IMG/VR virus record: IMGVR_UViG_3300020577_013934 | Coordinates: 1 to 64,000 of that record | Strand: one strand, 5' to 3' | Length of the DNA stretch: 64,000 nucleotides | Source of the DNA: a virus | Lineage: Duplodnaviria; Caudoviricetes | Program-made: the position numbers and the translations under genes | Notes under the pieces: generated by a model | What the model saw: the letters and a program-made list of their open reading frames with translations, nothing else | Told to the model about the DNA's origin: nothing | Databases searched by the model: none | In this document: piece after piece, positions 45,150 to 54,209 of the stretch | Layout: each line of letters begins with the position of its first letter | Position numbering within the stretch: the stretch's first letter is position 1

Positions 45150-48100
45150 CACACCACGAGGTGGAAGGCCACCGTGTTCAAAGGCTTCGGCACCTTGCCG
45201 TTGAAGAACAGCTCGATGCGGTCCGCCGAGAACTCGCTGACGCCGATCGAGGTGATCGAGCCTTCGAGCAGCGGCGGGCCGAAGCGGGCGACGCGACGAC
45301 CCTTGAGCTGCTCGGCGCCGTCGGAGACCGCGCGCGAGATCTCGTTGATCGTCTCGGGCAGCACGTTGTACTGGCCGATGAACGTCTCCAGGATGTCCTG
45401 GAAGAACTTCGACAAGAAGTCGACGTTCTTGACGACGGACAGCTCGCCGACCTCGATGGCCGTCGGGTCCGTCGTCAGCTGGTGGATGCACTCGGGCAGC
45501 GCGCCCGGCGTGCGCTGCACGCACACGAACAGGCCGCCGTCCGAGAGGCGCGACAGCTGCGGCTCGCTGAAGTAGCCCTGCGCGTGCACCAGCTTGGTGA
45601 AGCCGATGAACGTGCCGTTGGTGAGACCGGCCTGGGGCGGGATGCCCGCGATCACGCCGCCGACCGCGCACGCGAGGTAGAAGCTCGGCTGGAGCCCCGC
45701 GAGCGTGCGCGTCGTCGGCACCGCGCGCGGCAGCGAGCCGTCGCGCAGGTCCGAGACCTCGACCTGATCAGGCCACATGATCGTCAGGCGCTTCGAGCGC
45801 ACCGACTGTGCGATCGTCACGAGCGCGAGGATCTGGTCCTCCAGCGAGAGCGCCCGCAGGATGCGGTAGTTCTGCGCGTTGGGCGTCGTGTTGTCGATGT
45901 AGCGGTCCTGGAGGCCGGTCGCGAAGAAGTGCGGCAGCTCCTTCGCGACCGACCCGGTGTCGTCCTCGCCGTTCGCGATCAGCAGGCGGTTCTCGTTCTG
46001 GACGGTGCTGACCTTGTAGCTCAGCACGCGACCCTCGAACGCCGTCGGCCCGTAGTTGTTCGGGTCGAGCGGGAACTCCACGGTGTCGCCGGGGAGCACG
46101 CCGGCCGAGAGGAACGTCGCGCTGCCGTCCTCCAGGCGGTTGAACAGGTCGTCGTTGAGCGCGACCGTCGCGGTGCACGATCCGACCACCGGCACGACCG
46201 AGGTGTACGGCCGGCGCTCGGTCCACGCGAGCGCGCCGTTGTTCGCGTCGGGGATCACCGCGCCCGCGTTGACGACGTCCACCGAGTTGGCGTTGTTGAA
46301 CGCCGCGATCAGGAACGTGCCGTTGTTGGCGCCCGAGGCCGCGCCGCTGATCGTCAGGTAGTTGCCGACGCTCAGCGCCGTCATCCCGGTCAGGCCCGTG
46401 ACGCGCATGTTGCCCACGGCCGCGCCCGCGACGATGTTCGCCGCCGCGCCGGTCTGGCCCGCGATCGGGTCGCGCGTCGCCTGCGAGGACGGCTCCACGA
46501 CCTGCCCGCCGCCCGCCTGCACCGTCGCCAGCAGCAGGGCCGAGACGACGGGGTGGGCGTTTACGGCGTTTACGACCTGGGTGTGGGTGTGCGTCGTGCC
46601 GTCGACCGTCACGGTGATCGCGAAGCCGGCGATCGTGACCGCCACCGCCGGCAGGCCGGGGCTGGCCACGTACAGCACCGTGTACGGACCGCCGACCACC
46701 GTCGGGTTCTTCATCGCGTAGCGCACCGTGCCGAGCGTGCCGCCCGCGCCGGTCGACACGTCGACGCGCGCGAGGTTCGACACCTTGACGGTGCCGTCCG
46801 GGGCGCGGATCAGCAGCTCGATGTCGCCCGCGACGGCGCCCGCCGAGTCGTCCCAGCGGGACGAGCCCGGCACCACCTCGAAGGCGCTCGGGTCACCCGG
46901 GTTCGGGTAGTCCTTCGAGCTGTTGACGTGGCTCACGGTGTGCGTGCCGCGACGGTTCTGCCAGTCCGAGGAGCTCGGCGTCAGACCGAACGTCACGGTG
47001 TCGCCCGGGAGCACCGCGCGCACGCCGATCGACCCGGTGGAGACCGCCGCGATCGAGACCGTGCGGTAGCGGTTGGTGTTCACGCCCGTGGGCTGCTGCG
47101 CCACGCCCGAGATCGACCCCGAGTAGATCGTCTCGGTCGTCGGCAGCGGGATCGAGCCGAGCACGATGCGGAACTTCTGGATGACGCCGTTGGTCTGCGC
47201 GAAGTTCGGGTCCGCCATCTGGTCGAACTCGGCCTTGTACGCGGCGTGGACGTTGAGGTCCTGCGTCATCGGCACGAAGCAGTACAGGTCGCGCCGGTTC
47301 GACATCGCGCCGCGCGCGGAGGTGTGTCCGGCCGCGTCGTCGGTCGCGACGCCGAAGTAGTAGATCGGCACCGTGCCGCCGTTCTGGAGCGCGAGGAACG
47401 CGCCGACCGCGAGCGGGTTGCGCGCGTCGATCTTGCCGAGGCCGACCAGCGTCGAGACGCCGCCGACGACCCGGATGTCGTCGCTCGTGACCGAGCCGAC
47501 CTCCTGGAGGTCCTGGCGCAGCGCGCGGTACGCGAGGTAGACCTCGGCGTACGACAGCGTGCGCGTCACCGTCGTCGTGGCCGGCGCCGGCACCGCGACC
47601 GTCGCGGCCGGGGTGAGCTGCACCGACAGGCCGACGCCGCCCTTGATCACGAGCTTGTCCGAGCCCGGCTCGGGGAACGTGACGATCGAGTCGGTCGGAT
47701 CGAGCAGCTCCTGCGTCGCGAGCGTGCGCTCGACGCGGATCTCGCCGTTGGCGTCGTAGGTCCACTGCCCCAGTCCCGCGCCCGAGTCCGGCAGCTGCTG
47801 CGTCAGGCGCAGCTTGTTCTCGTTGCCGGGAGCGACGAGGCCCGAGCCGTTCGGCTCGCCGACGCTCTGCACGACGCGCACGACCGTCTGCTCGACGCCC
47901 GCCTGGGACGACGTCATCACGACGCGGTCGCCGGGCTGGATGCCGGCCGCCACGAAGTCGGTCGTCACGCCGCCCGTGATGGTCACGAGCGTGCGATCGG
48001 CCGTCGTGGTCGTGACGCTCCCGCCGAACACCGGCGCGACGCCCGCGCCGAGGTACGTCGACCCCAGCACGACGCGCGGCAGGCGGAGCACCGCCTTGAC

Positions 48101-48388
48101 CGATGCGTGGTCGACCTTCGACCCGGCGCTCTGCCCCGGGTACCCGCCGTCGAGCACCGTGACGGCGTCGCTTCCCGTCGCGGGCGGCTGGTAGCCGGGG
48201 TACGTGCCGTTGCCGGCGCGCGCCTCCAGCTGCCCGTACGTCGACGGCAGCAGGATCGTCGCCGCGTCGTCCGGGTAGTCGAACAGGTCGTAGGCCGGAC
48301 CCACGACGATGGTGTTGAGGTCGGGGGTGTTCGGCGTCGCCTGCGGCGACGCGAGCTCCTGGAAGATCAGAACGAGGGGCCGTGCCAT
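45149..48388 (-). CDS. Tail sheath protein (1079 aa, with inserted domains)
   Basis: C-terminal sheath motifs CIHQLTTD..ELSVVKNVDF..FIGQYN...PKPLNTVAFHLVV. Confidence 0.9.
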   Translation of the reverse strand: MARPLVLIFQELASPQATPNTPDLNTIVVGPAYDLFDYPDDAATILLPSTYGQLEARAGNGTYPGYQPPATGSDAVTVLDGGYPGQSAGSKVDHASVKAVLRLPRVVLGSTYLGAGVAPVFGGSVTTTTADRTLVTITGGVTTDFVAAGIQPGDRVVMTSSQAGVEQTVVRVVQSVGEPNGSGLVAPGNENKLRLTQQLPDSGAGLGQWTYDANGEIRVERTLATQELLDPTDSIVTFPEPGSDKLVIKGGVGLSVQLTPAATVAVPAPATTTVTRTLSYAEVYLAYRALRQDLQEVGSVTSDDIRVVGGVSTLVGLGKIDARNPLAVGAFLALQNGGTVPIYYFGVATDDAAGHTSARGAMSNRRDLYCFVPMTQDLNVHAAYKAEFDQMADPNFAQTNGVIQKFRIVLGSIPLPTTETIYSGSISGVAQQPTGVNTNRYRTVSIAAVSTGSIGVRAVLPGDTVTFGLTPSSSDWQNRRGTHTVSHVNSSKDYPNPGDPSAFEVVPGSSRWDDSAGAVAGDIELLIRAPDGTVKVSNLARVDVSTGAGGTLGTVRYAMKNPTVVGGPYTVLYVASPGLPAVAVTIAGFAITVTVDGTTHTHTQVVNAVNAHPVVSALLLATVQAGGGQVVEPSSQATRDPIAGQTGAAANIVAGAAVGNMRVTGLTGMTALSVGNYLTISGAASGANNGTFLIAAFNNANSVDVVNAGAVIPDANNGALAWTERRPYTSVVPVVGSCTATVALNDDLFNRLEDGSATFLSAGVLPGDTVEFPLDPNNYGPTAFEGRVLSYKVSTVQNENRLLIANGEDDTGSVAKELPHFFATGLQDRYIDNTTPNAQNYRILRALSLEDQILALVTIAQSVRSKRLTIMWPDQVEVSDLRDGSLPRAVPTTRTLAGLQPSFYLACAVGGVIAGIPPQAGLTNGTFIGFTKLVHAQGYFSEPQLSRLSDGGLFVCVQRTPGALPECIHQLTTDPTAIEVGELSVVKNVDFLSKFFQDILETFIGQYNVLPETINEISRAVSDGAEQLKGRRVARFGPPLLEGSITSIGVSEFSADRIELFFNGKVPKPLNTVAFHLVV

Positions 48389-48443
48389 GTGGTGTCCTCT
48401 CCGGTGTCGGCTGAAAGATAGGATCTCTTTACGGCGTGAGGTT

Positions 48444-49145
48444 TCATCGCGCGTTGCGCAGATCGAGCGCGCGCAGCTCCAGCCCGTCGCCGTTGCCGAA
48501 GTCCATCTTCGCGGCGATCTCCTTGAGGAGGGGTGCGATCGGGCGGGTGCGCCACGCGAACTTGATCATCGCGGTCATCGTGACGGTAGTCACCCACGTC
48601 TCGACGTTGCTGCTCGCGGGTCGGTACGGCTGCGTGTCGCTGATCGTCGGCGCGGAGAGGTCGTGGATACTGAACGCCTGCCGGATGTGGTTCTTCGACC
48701 CGAAGAAGAACGCGAACACCACGTCGGCGAGGATGGCGCTCACGCCGCGCGTCTCCGCGATGCAGAGCACCGAGATCGGGACGTTGGCCCACGCGATGAA
48801 CAGCTCCGTCATCGACGGGCGGTCGATGTCGGCGCGGTTACCCACGACGACCTGCTGCGGCTGCGTGACGCCCTTCTCGACCAGCAGCGCGGGCGTGCGG
48901 TCGCGCGCGTCCGGCTCGTCGGTGTACTGGCTCTCGATGTAGATGCGCGTCTGCTCGGTCTCGGGCGGCAACGGCTGCGCGTCCGGGGTCCAGACGTACG
49001 GGTTGTCGTGGGCGTTGGCGCCGCTGAACCGCGCCTGAAGGCAGTTCGTGAACACCGCGACGAGCGCCATCGGCGACCCCGGAAAGATGTCCGGGTGCTG
49101 GTCGTCGACGCGGGCGGTGCCGAAGTAGGGTCGGACGTTGGGCAT
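48444..49145 (-). CDS. Putative tail terminator/neck protein
   Basis: Position directly upstream of sheath; IYIESQY..D..PALLV. Confidence 0.65.
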   Translation of the reverse strand: MPNVRPYFGTARVDDQHPDIFPGSPMALVAVFTNCLQARFSGANAHDNPYVWTPDAQPLPPETEQTRIYIESQYTDEPDARDRTPALLVEKGVTQPQQVVVGNRADIDRPSMTELFIAWANVPISVLCIAETRGVSAILADVVFAFFFGSKNHIRQAFSIHDLSAPTISDTQPYRPASSNVETWVTTVTMTAMIKFAWRTRPIAPLLKEIAAKMDFGNGDGLELRALDLRNAR

Positions 49146-49146
49146 C

Positions 49147-49971
49147 TCAGTACAGCGGCTCGATGGCGTTGGGGTTCAGGGGGTACCGATAGAGTACGTG
49201 GTCGTGCGGCAGCTCCTGGCCCGAGACCTCTTGGTGCGCCGAGTTCAGCTGGATCTGCGTCTCGACCTGCTGGTCGAGCCGGAAGCGCCGATTGTCCGAG
49301 AGCCGCACGAGGACGTCGTCGCGCTCCAGCGTCGGGTAGTCCGGCAGCCAGAACGAGCCGTCGTTGGCGTCGCTCTTCTGGTTAGGACCCACGGCCGACG
49401 TGTTCGCCGTGACGTTGCTGCGCGCGTACGTGACGAACGGCGCCCAGTAGCCGCCGACGAAGCCGGTGCCCCAGCACTCCGCGCAGTTCGGCCGCACGAC
49501 CTCCTTGGTGCGCTTGTCGGCGCACTTCAGGCAGCGCACGCCCCAGCGCCGCTTCTTGAGCAACACGACGCGCGTGCCGTTGAACTTGAGCGTCAGCCGG
49601 AAGTCGCGCTGCGTCTTGCGCAGGTACTGGCTCATCTTGCGGTCCGCGAAGAACGGCCCGGTCTCCTCCTTCGTCTCCAGCGTCGCGCCCGACGGCAGGC
49701 GGCACACGACGCGGTAGTGGACCTCCTGGAACAGGCGCAGCGAGTTCGGCTGGAGCACGTCGAGCGTCGACGCGACGCCGTTGAACTTGTCGTCGAACGA
49801 GTACTGGTCGTTGCCGGCGAAGAGCTGCTCCCACGGACCCTCGGGGCCGCCGCTGCGGTACAGCGTGAACTGGAAGACGCCGCTCTCGGTGGGCGCGACG
49901 TCGTCGATCGTCCACTGCACGAAGTAGCCGTACGGGAACAGCGCGCTGAGGCGGGTGATCTTGAGGTTCAT
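49147..49971 (-). CDS. Putative head closure/neck protein
   Basis: RRWGVRC..C...C.ECWGTGFVGGY motif; PTLERDDVLV...RF. Confidence 0.7.
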   Translation of the reverse strand: MNLKITRLSALFPYGYFVQWTIDDVAPTESGVFQFTLYRSGGPEGPWEQLFAGNDQYSFDDKFNGVASTLDVLQPNSLRLFQEVHYRVVCRLPSGATLETKEETGPFFADRKMSQYLRKTQRDFRLTLKFNGTRVVLLKKRRWGVRCLKCADKRTKEVVRPNCAECWGTGFVGGYWAPFVTYARSNVTANTSAVGPNQKSDANDGSFWLPDYPTLERDDVLVRLSDNRRFRLDQQVETQIQLNSAHQEVSGQELPHDHVLYRYPLNPNAIEPLY

Positions 49972-50645
49972 GGCTGCGGCGGCTCCACCGGGGACTCCTG
50001 CGCGTCGCCCGTCGACTCGGCCATCTGGTCGAACGCCCGCCGGAGCGCGTAGCGCTTGGTCTCCTGACTGCCCGCGAGCTCGTGCGCGCGGTTCCACGCC
50101 CGCGACTCCGGCGGACGCGGGTCGATGTGGTCGGTGTCGAACTTCCCCTCGGCCAGGGGGGTGACGTTGGTCTCGGGCGACAGGCCCGCGCCTTTCACGA
50201 GCGTGCCCACGTCCTGGCCGCTCGGCGACATCTCGCGGCCGAGCACCGTCGCCAGCACGGGGCGGCTCCGCCCCGGGACGGCCTTGAACTGCGCGTAGCC
50301 GAGCACCGCCCCGTCGCGCCCGCGCAGCGGCACGTGGTAGCTGCCCGGCGGTAGGCCCAGCGCGTCGACGGCGCGCTGGAGGGGCCGCACGTTGCTGCGG
50401 GCGAACGGCGTGCGTTCCTCCATGCGGTCGTGCGCGTGGGCGGCACCCTTTACGGCGTACGGGGGTCCCTCGTCGCGCGGGCGGTCGTACCAGTTGAAGA
50501 AGTCGTTGGCGTCGAACGACGTGCCGACCTCCAGCGGGACCTGCTCCTTGCGCGACGCCCCGTTCGACCGGCTCGCCGGGTAGGCGGCGCCGGTGCCCTC
50601 GGCCACGGGCACGAGGTGGGTGAGGCGGCGCTCGGTCGGCGTCAT
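49968..50645 (-). CDS. Hypothetical K-x-A-type virion protein
   Basis: Start MTPTERRL; C-terminal RRAFDQM motif. Confidence 0.7.
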   Translation of the reverse strand: MTPTERRLTHLVPVAEGTGAAYPASRSNGASRKEQVPLEVGTSFDANDFFNWYDRPRDEGPPYAVKGAAHAHDRMEERTPFARSNVRPLQRAVDALGLPPGSYHVPLRGRDGAVLGYAQFKAVPGRSRPVLATVLGREMSPSGQDVGTLVKGAGLSPETNVTPLAEGKFDTDHIDPRPPESRAWNRAHELAGSQETKRYALRRAFDQMAESTGDAQESPVEPPQP

Positions 50646-51028
50646 CGCGTCACCGGCATCGTCGTGCGCTCGCCGGCCTCGAACTTGTCGGCCGTCGAGC
50701 GCTGGGCCGCCGACGCGGCGGACTCCAGGAAGTTCTGCTTGTAGTCGCCCGGCCACGGCAGGCGCAGCGGGCCGCCCTTCGCCGCCTCGCTCTTGTACTG
50801 CGGGGCGCCGCTGGACGAGGACGCGGGCTTCGGCGCCGAGACGGTCATGGAGACGCCGCTCGTCGCGCCGTCGGACGCGCCGCCCTCGGCCTTCTTCTCG
50901 GCCTTCTCGGGGAAGTCCTTGCCGCGCGACGCCTCGTCGTACTCACGCACCATGGCTGGCGTGATGCCGTGCTTGCGCGCGGTGGCGGTGTGGAAGAAGC
51001 GCCGCTGGCGGTCGGAGACGTAGGGCAT
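50642..51028 (-). CDS. Hypothetical protein (MPYVSDRQRRFF conserved phage N-terminus)
   Basis: TATCCT 6 nt upstream. Confidence 0.75.
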   Translation of the reverse strand: MPYVSDRQRRFFHTATARKHGITPAMVREYDEASRGKDFPEKAEKKAEGGASDGATSGVSMTVSAPKPASSSSGAPQYKSEAAKGGPLRLPWPGDYKQNFLESAASAAQRSTADKFEAGERTTMPVTR

Positions 51029-51066
51029 ACCCGAAGGATAGCCCTACGTCCTCAGCGGCTCAGGGA

Positions 51067-51990
51067 TCAGATCGAGGAGGGCGGGGTGTCGAACACCAGC
51101 TGCTGCATCGACTCGGCGTTGCCGATGCCGATGCCGGGCGCGGCGTACGAGAAGAACGTGATGATGTCCGCGCGCTGCTCGATGAAGAGCGTCGCGTCCT
51201 GGAGCAGGAAGAAGTTCCCCAGGAAGTTCTGCGGGCTGAAGATCCAGCACTCGCGCGGGTTGTAGATGTCGGTCTTCGCGGTCGTGATGACCGGGATGCC
51301 CCAGAGGCGCTCCTCCTTGTCGATGCCCTCCTCGTAGTGCTTCCGGGCGATCGAGTCGCCGATCAGCGTCGCGGGGAGGTTCATCGCCTCGCGGTACAGC
51401 GAGTTGGTCATCAGCATCTTGCCGATGGGGCGGCGACGGTTGTCCATCGCCTGGAAGCCCTTCACGAACGCGCCGTTCGTGAACGCGCCGACCGACGTGC
51501 GCTGGTTCGCCGCGTTGCGGTTCACGAGCGTGAGGCACGTGCGGCGGAAGTACAGGTCCTCCTGGTCGGCGAGGTCCTTCACCGAGTTGTCCGCGAGGAT
51601 CTTGCGGATGTCGTTCTGGTACGACATCAGCTTGAACTTGCTCTTCGTGAACAGGTCGCTCTGGGTCTTGCCGAAGTAGACCACGTAGCGCTTGCCCCGG
51701 AACCAGCGCGCGCGCGGCGTGCCGTCGAACTGCACGTACGTGGCCGAGGAGTCGGGCTCCTTCTCCACGATCTTGCGCGGCTCGTCCGAGTCGACATCGC
51801 GGTCGATCTCGTCGTCCTGGAGCGGCTGCGGCAAGAGGACCATGCGTACGGCCGCCTCCTGGCGGACGATGCTGCGGATGAACGCCGTGCCGGCCTCCTC
51901 CGCGAGCTTGGTGTTGCCGGAGCTGAGCATGCTCACGAACTTCTGGTTCAACGCAGTCGCGTTGGCCTGGACCGTCTCGGTGTTGTACAT
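51067..51990 (-). CDS. Major capsid protein (HK97 fold, inferred)
   Basis: IDRDVDSDEPRKIVEKEPDS, RY.V.F, DIRKILADNSVKD...ED motifs; position in the head operon. Confidence 0.85.
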   Translation of the reverse strand: MYNTETVQANATALNQKFVSMLSSGNTKLAEEAGTAFIRSIVRQEAAVRMVLLPQPLQDDEIDRDVDSDEPRKIVEKEPDSSATYVQFDGTPRARWFRGKRYVVYFGKTQSDLFTKSKFKLMSYQNDIRKILADNSVKDLADQEDLYFRRTCLTLVNRNAANQRTSVGAFTNGAFVKGFQAMDNRRRPIGKMLMTNSLYREAMNLPATLIGDSIARKHYEEGIDKEERLWGIPVITTAKTDIYNPRECWIFSPQNFLGNFFLLQDATLFIEQRADIITFFSYAAPGIGIGNAESMQQLVFDTPPSSI

Positions 51991-52054
51991 CGTCGTCGTC
52001 TCCCGATCTCGTTGTAGAGGTTAGTGCCCCTCGGTTTCCTGGTTGGTCTCCCGA

Positions 52055-52573
52055 TCAGCCCCGCAGACCGAAGAACATCACGTGGAGCACGCCGTTCGCG
52101 AGACCCCGGTTGCCGACGTACGCGACCACCTGCGTGGTGAGCGCGGGGTTCGTCTTCGCCTCGAACTTGCCGGCGTTCGCCACGAGGGGCGTGCCGGGCG
52201 GGAAGCTCGCGCCGTTGAACTGATCCGTGAGGAACTCGGCGTGGCCGGTGAGCACGACGAGCTTGCCGAGCATGGCGCCGTCGAAGTCTTCGTCGCCGCC
52301 GTGCACGAAGCCCATCGGAATCGGCAGCGCAGGCGTGCCGAGCACCGGGGACGTCGCGAGGTCCCAGTAGCCGTTCGCGTTGAGGGTCACGCAGACGCCG
52401 GGAACGATCGTGCCCGGCTGGGGCGTGCCCTGCGCGTCGGGCGTGGTGACGCCGGTGCCGGCGTCGATCGCGGTGGCCGCCTCCTGGGCGAGCACGTCCG
52501 AGATCCACAGCGCGGCACGGCCGCCCGGGTTCGGCTCAGCGGAGATCAGGTCGTAGTTCGAGTTGAGCTTCAT
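52055..52573 (-). CDS. Putative capsid decoration/cement protein
   Basis: Beta-rich 172 aa directly upstream of MCP. Confidence 0.65.
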   Translation of the reverse strand: MKLNSNYDLISAEPNPGGRAALWISDVLAQEAATAIDAGTGVTTPDAQGTPQPGTIVPGVCVTLNANGYWDLATSPVLGTPALPIPMGFVHGGDEDFDGAMLGKLVVLTGHAEFLTDQFNGASFPPGTPLVANAGKFEAKTNPALTTQVVAYVGNRGLANGVLHVMFFGLRG

Positions 52574-52632
52574 GGGATCAGTACCTCGTCGTGGATGTTA
52601 GGCGTCGCGGACGCGCGGCGCGGGTCGTCGCT

Positions 52633-53022
52633 TCAGTCGGTGTCGGGCCCGTTGAGGATGGTGTCCTCGAACGCTTCCCAGGCGAGCTTGGTGGCCTCGT
52701 CGCCGCTCTCGGGCGCGGCGCCCGCTGCCCGCGTCTCGCTCGGCGCCCCGAGGGGCGTCGGGCGCTCGGGCGCAGCGGTCTTCAGCATCTTGCCGAGGAC
52801 CGTCTGCATCTCCGGGTCGTCGGCCGCCGCGAGCTTGTCGCGCACCGTGGCCGGGAGGTCTTCGCCCGTGCGCTGCCGGTACAGCTCGCGCATGAGGTCC
52901 ACGCTGCTGGCCGTCTTGGTCTCGGGCGTCGCGGCGGGCGCGGCGGCCGGCGCCGGCTGCGCGTCGAGGTCGTCGGCGAGCAGGTCGAGGGCGGTGGCGA
53001 TCTTGGTGAGCGCGGTGGTCAT
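52633..53022 (-). CDS. K-x-A-motif protein (scaffold-like)
   Basis: TKIAT, TKTAS, DKLAA, LKTAA, TKLAW. Confidence 0.75.
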   Translation of the reverse strand: MTTALTKIATALDLLADDLDAQPAPAAAPAATPETKTASSVDLMRELYRQRTGEDLPATVRDKLAAADDPEMQTVLGKMLKTAAPERPTPLGAPSETRAAGAAPESGDEATKLAWEAFEDTILNGPDTD

Positions 53023-53399
53023 GGCGACGAGATCCGTTCGCGAAGGAGTGTAAGACCCCGCACCGCACGCAGCGCGAGGGCGGACTTCTCGAAGAGCCGC
53101 ACGGCGCGCGAGTCCTCGGCGCTCCGTACGGCGTGCGCCAGCTTGCGCAGCGGCGCACCGGGACGGTCGTCGTCCCCCGGGACCTCCCGCGCGGGCGGCG
53201 CGGGCGGCGGCGAGCGAAACCCGGCCGTCTTTACGGCGTTCAGGCTCGCCCACGTGATCTGGGGCTCCGGCAGGTCGCGTAGCGCGCCCGCCAGGGCCCG
53301 GACCTGCCCCGACACCGTCTCGGGCAGCGCCGAGGCGGTCTTGGTCGCCGGGCGGGGCGCCCGGGGCAGCGTGCGCAGGACTTCGTCGAGGGTCGGCAT
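53019..53399 (-). CDS. K-x-A-motif protein
   Basis: TKTAS, VKTAG, RKLAH, EKSAL. Confidence 0.75.
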   Translation of the reverse strand: MPTLDEVLRTLPRAPRPATKTASALPETVSGQVRALAGALRDLPEPQITWASLNAVKTAGFRSPPPAPPAREVPGDDDRPGAPLRKLAHAVRSAEDSRAVRLFEKSALALRAVRGLTLLRERISSP

Positions 53400-53588
53400 C
53401 TACGGCTCCACGAGGTGGCGGCGAATGGCAGGATCGAAGGCCGCGCTCTCGGAGGCGTGCTTCGCCTCTCCGAGCGCAGCCTCGGCGTCACGGAAGTACT
53501 CCGCGACCTTGGGAGCGACGGCCTCGAACGCCTCCTTGCGCAGGTCGCGGTGCGCCTCGATCAGCGCTTGGCGGCGTGCGGCGTTCAT
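53400..53588 (-). CDS. Small K-x-A-motif protein; TAG abuts the in-frame ATG of the next gene
   Basis: RKEAF, AKHAS. Confidence 0.65.
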   Translation of the reverse strand: MNAARRQALIEAHRDLRKEAFEAVAPKVAEYFRDAEAALGEAKHASESAAFDPAIRRHLVEP

Positions 53589-54187
53589 CCGCCGCTCACC
53601 AGGAGCTTGCCGATCTCGTAGCCGTGCGCGTAGTGCTCGGCGGCCTTGACCTGGACGACCTGCTCCAGCTCGGCGGCCTCCTTGTCCTCGGCCTCCTTGA
53701 GCTGCGCGTCTTCGGCCTCGGCGGCCTTCTGCACGCGCGCGAGGAAGGCGCGCGGGTTCTCCTGGGCCTCCTTCACGAGCGCGACCATCTCCGGGTCGAG
53801 CAGCGACTCGCCCTGGAGCGTGCCGGCGGCGGCGGCGATCTTCTCGCCCTGCTGCGCCGCGAGGCTCTCCGCGACCTTCTCGTACATGCCCAGCTGGGAC
53901 ATGAACCCGTCGGCGATGGCCGCGCCGAACATGTTGCCCAGCGCGAGCGAGCCGGTCTTGTCCTGCGCCGCGAGGTCGGCCGCCAGCTTGTCGAACAGCG
54001 GGCCCGCCGCGCCGGCCGGGCTCGCCGCGCCCGCCGTCTTCTCGCCGGGCTGCGTGACCGCCGCGAGCGCGGCGGCGACGGCTCCGGCCGTCTTGGAAGC
54101 GGGCTGTCCGCCGGCCGCCGCAGCCGGGGGCTGCTGCGCGCTGGCGATCTTCGGCATCTTCTTGTTGAGCGTGTCTTCGAGGTTCAT
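53585..54187 (-). CDS. K-x-A-motif scaffold-like protein
   Basis: Eight or more KxA motifs in 200 aa; GGAG SD. Confidence 0.8.
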   Translation of the reverse strand: MNLEDTLNKKMPKIASAQQPPAAAAGGQPASKTAGAVAAALAAVTQPGEKTAGAASPAGAAGPLFDKLAADLAAQDKTGSLALGNMFGAAIADGFMSQLGMYEKVAESLAAQQGEKIAAAAGTLQGESLLDPEMVALVKEAQENPRAFLARVQKAAEAEDAQLKEAEDKEAAELEQVVQVKAAEHYAHGYEIGKLLVSGG

Positions 54188-54209
54188 GGTGGCTCCTTCC
54201 GTAGGGTAG

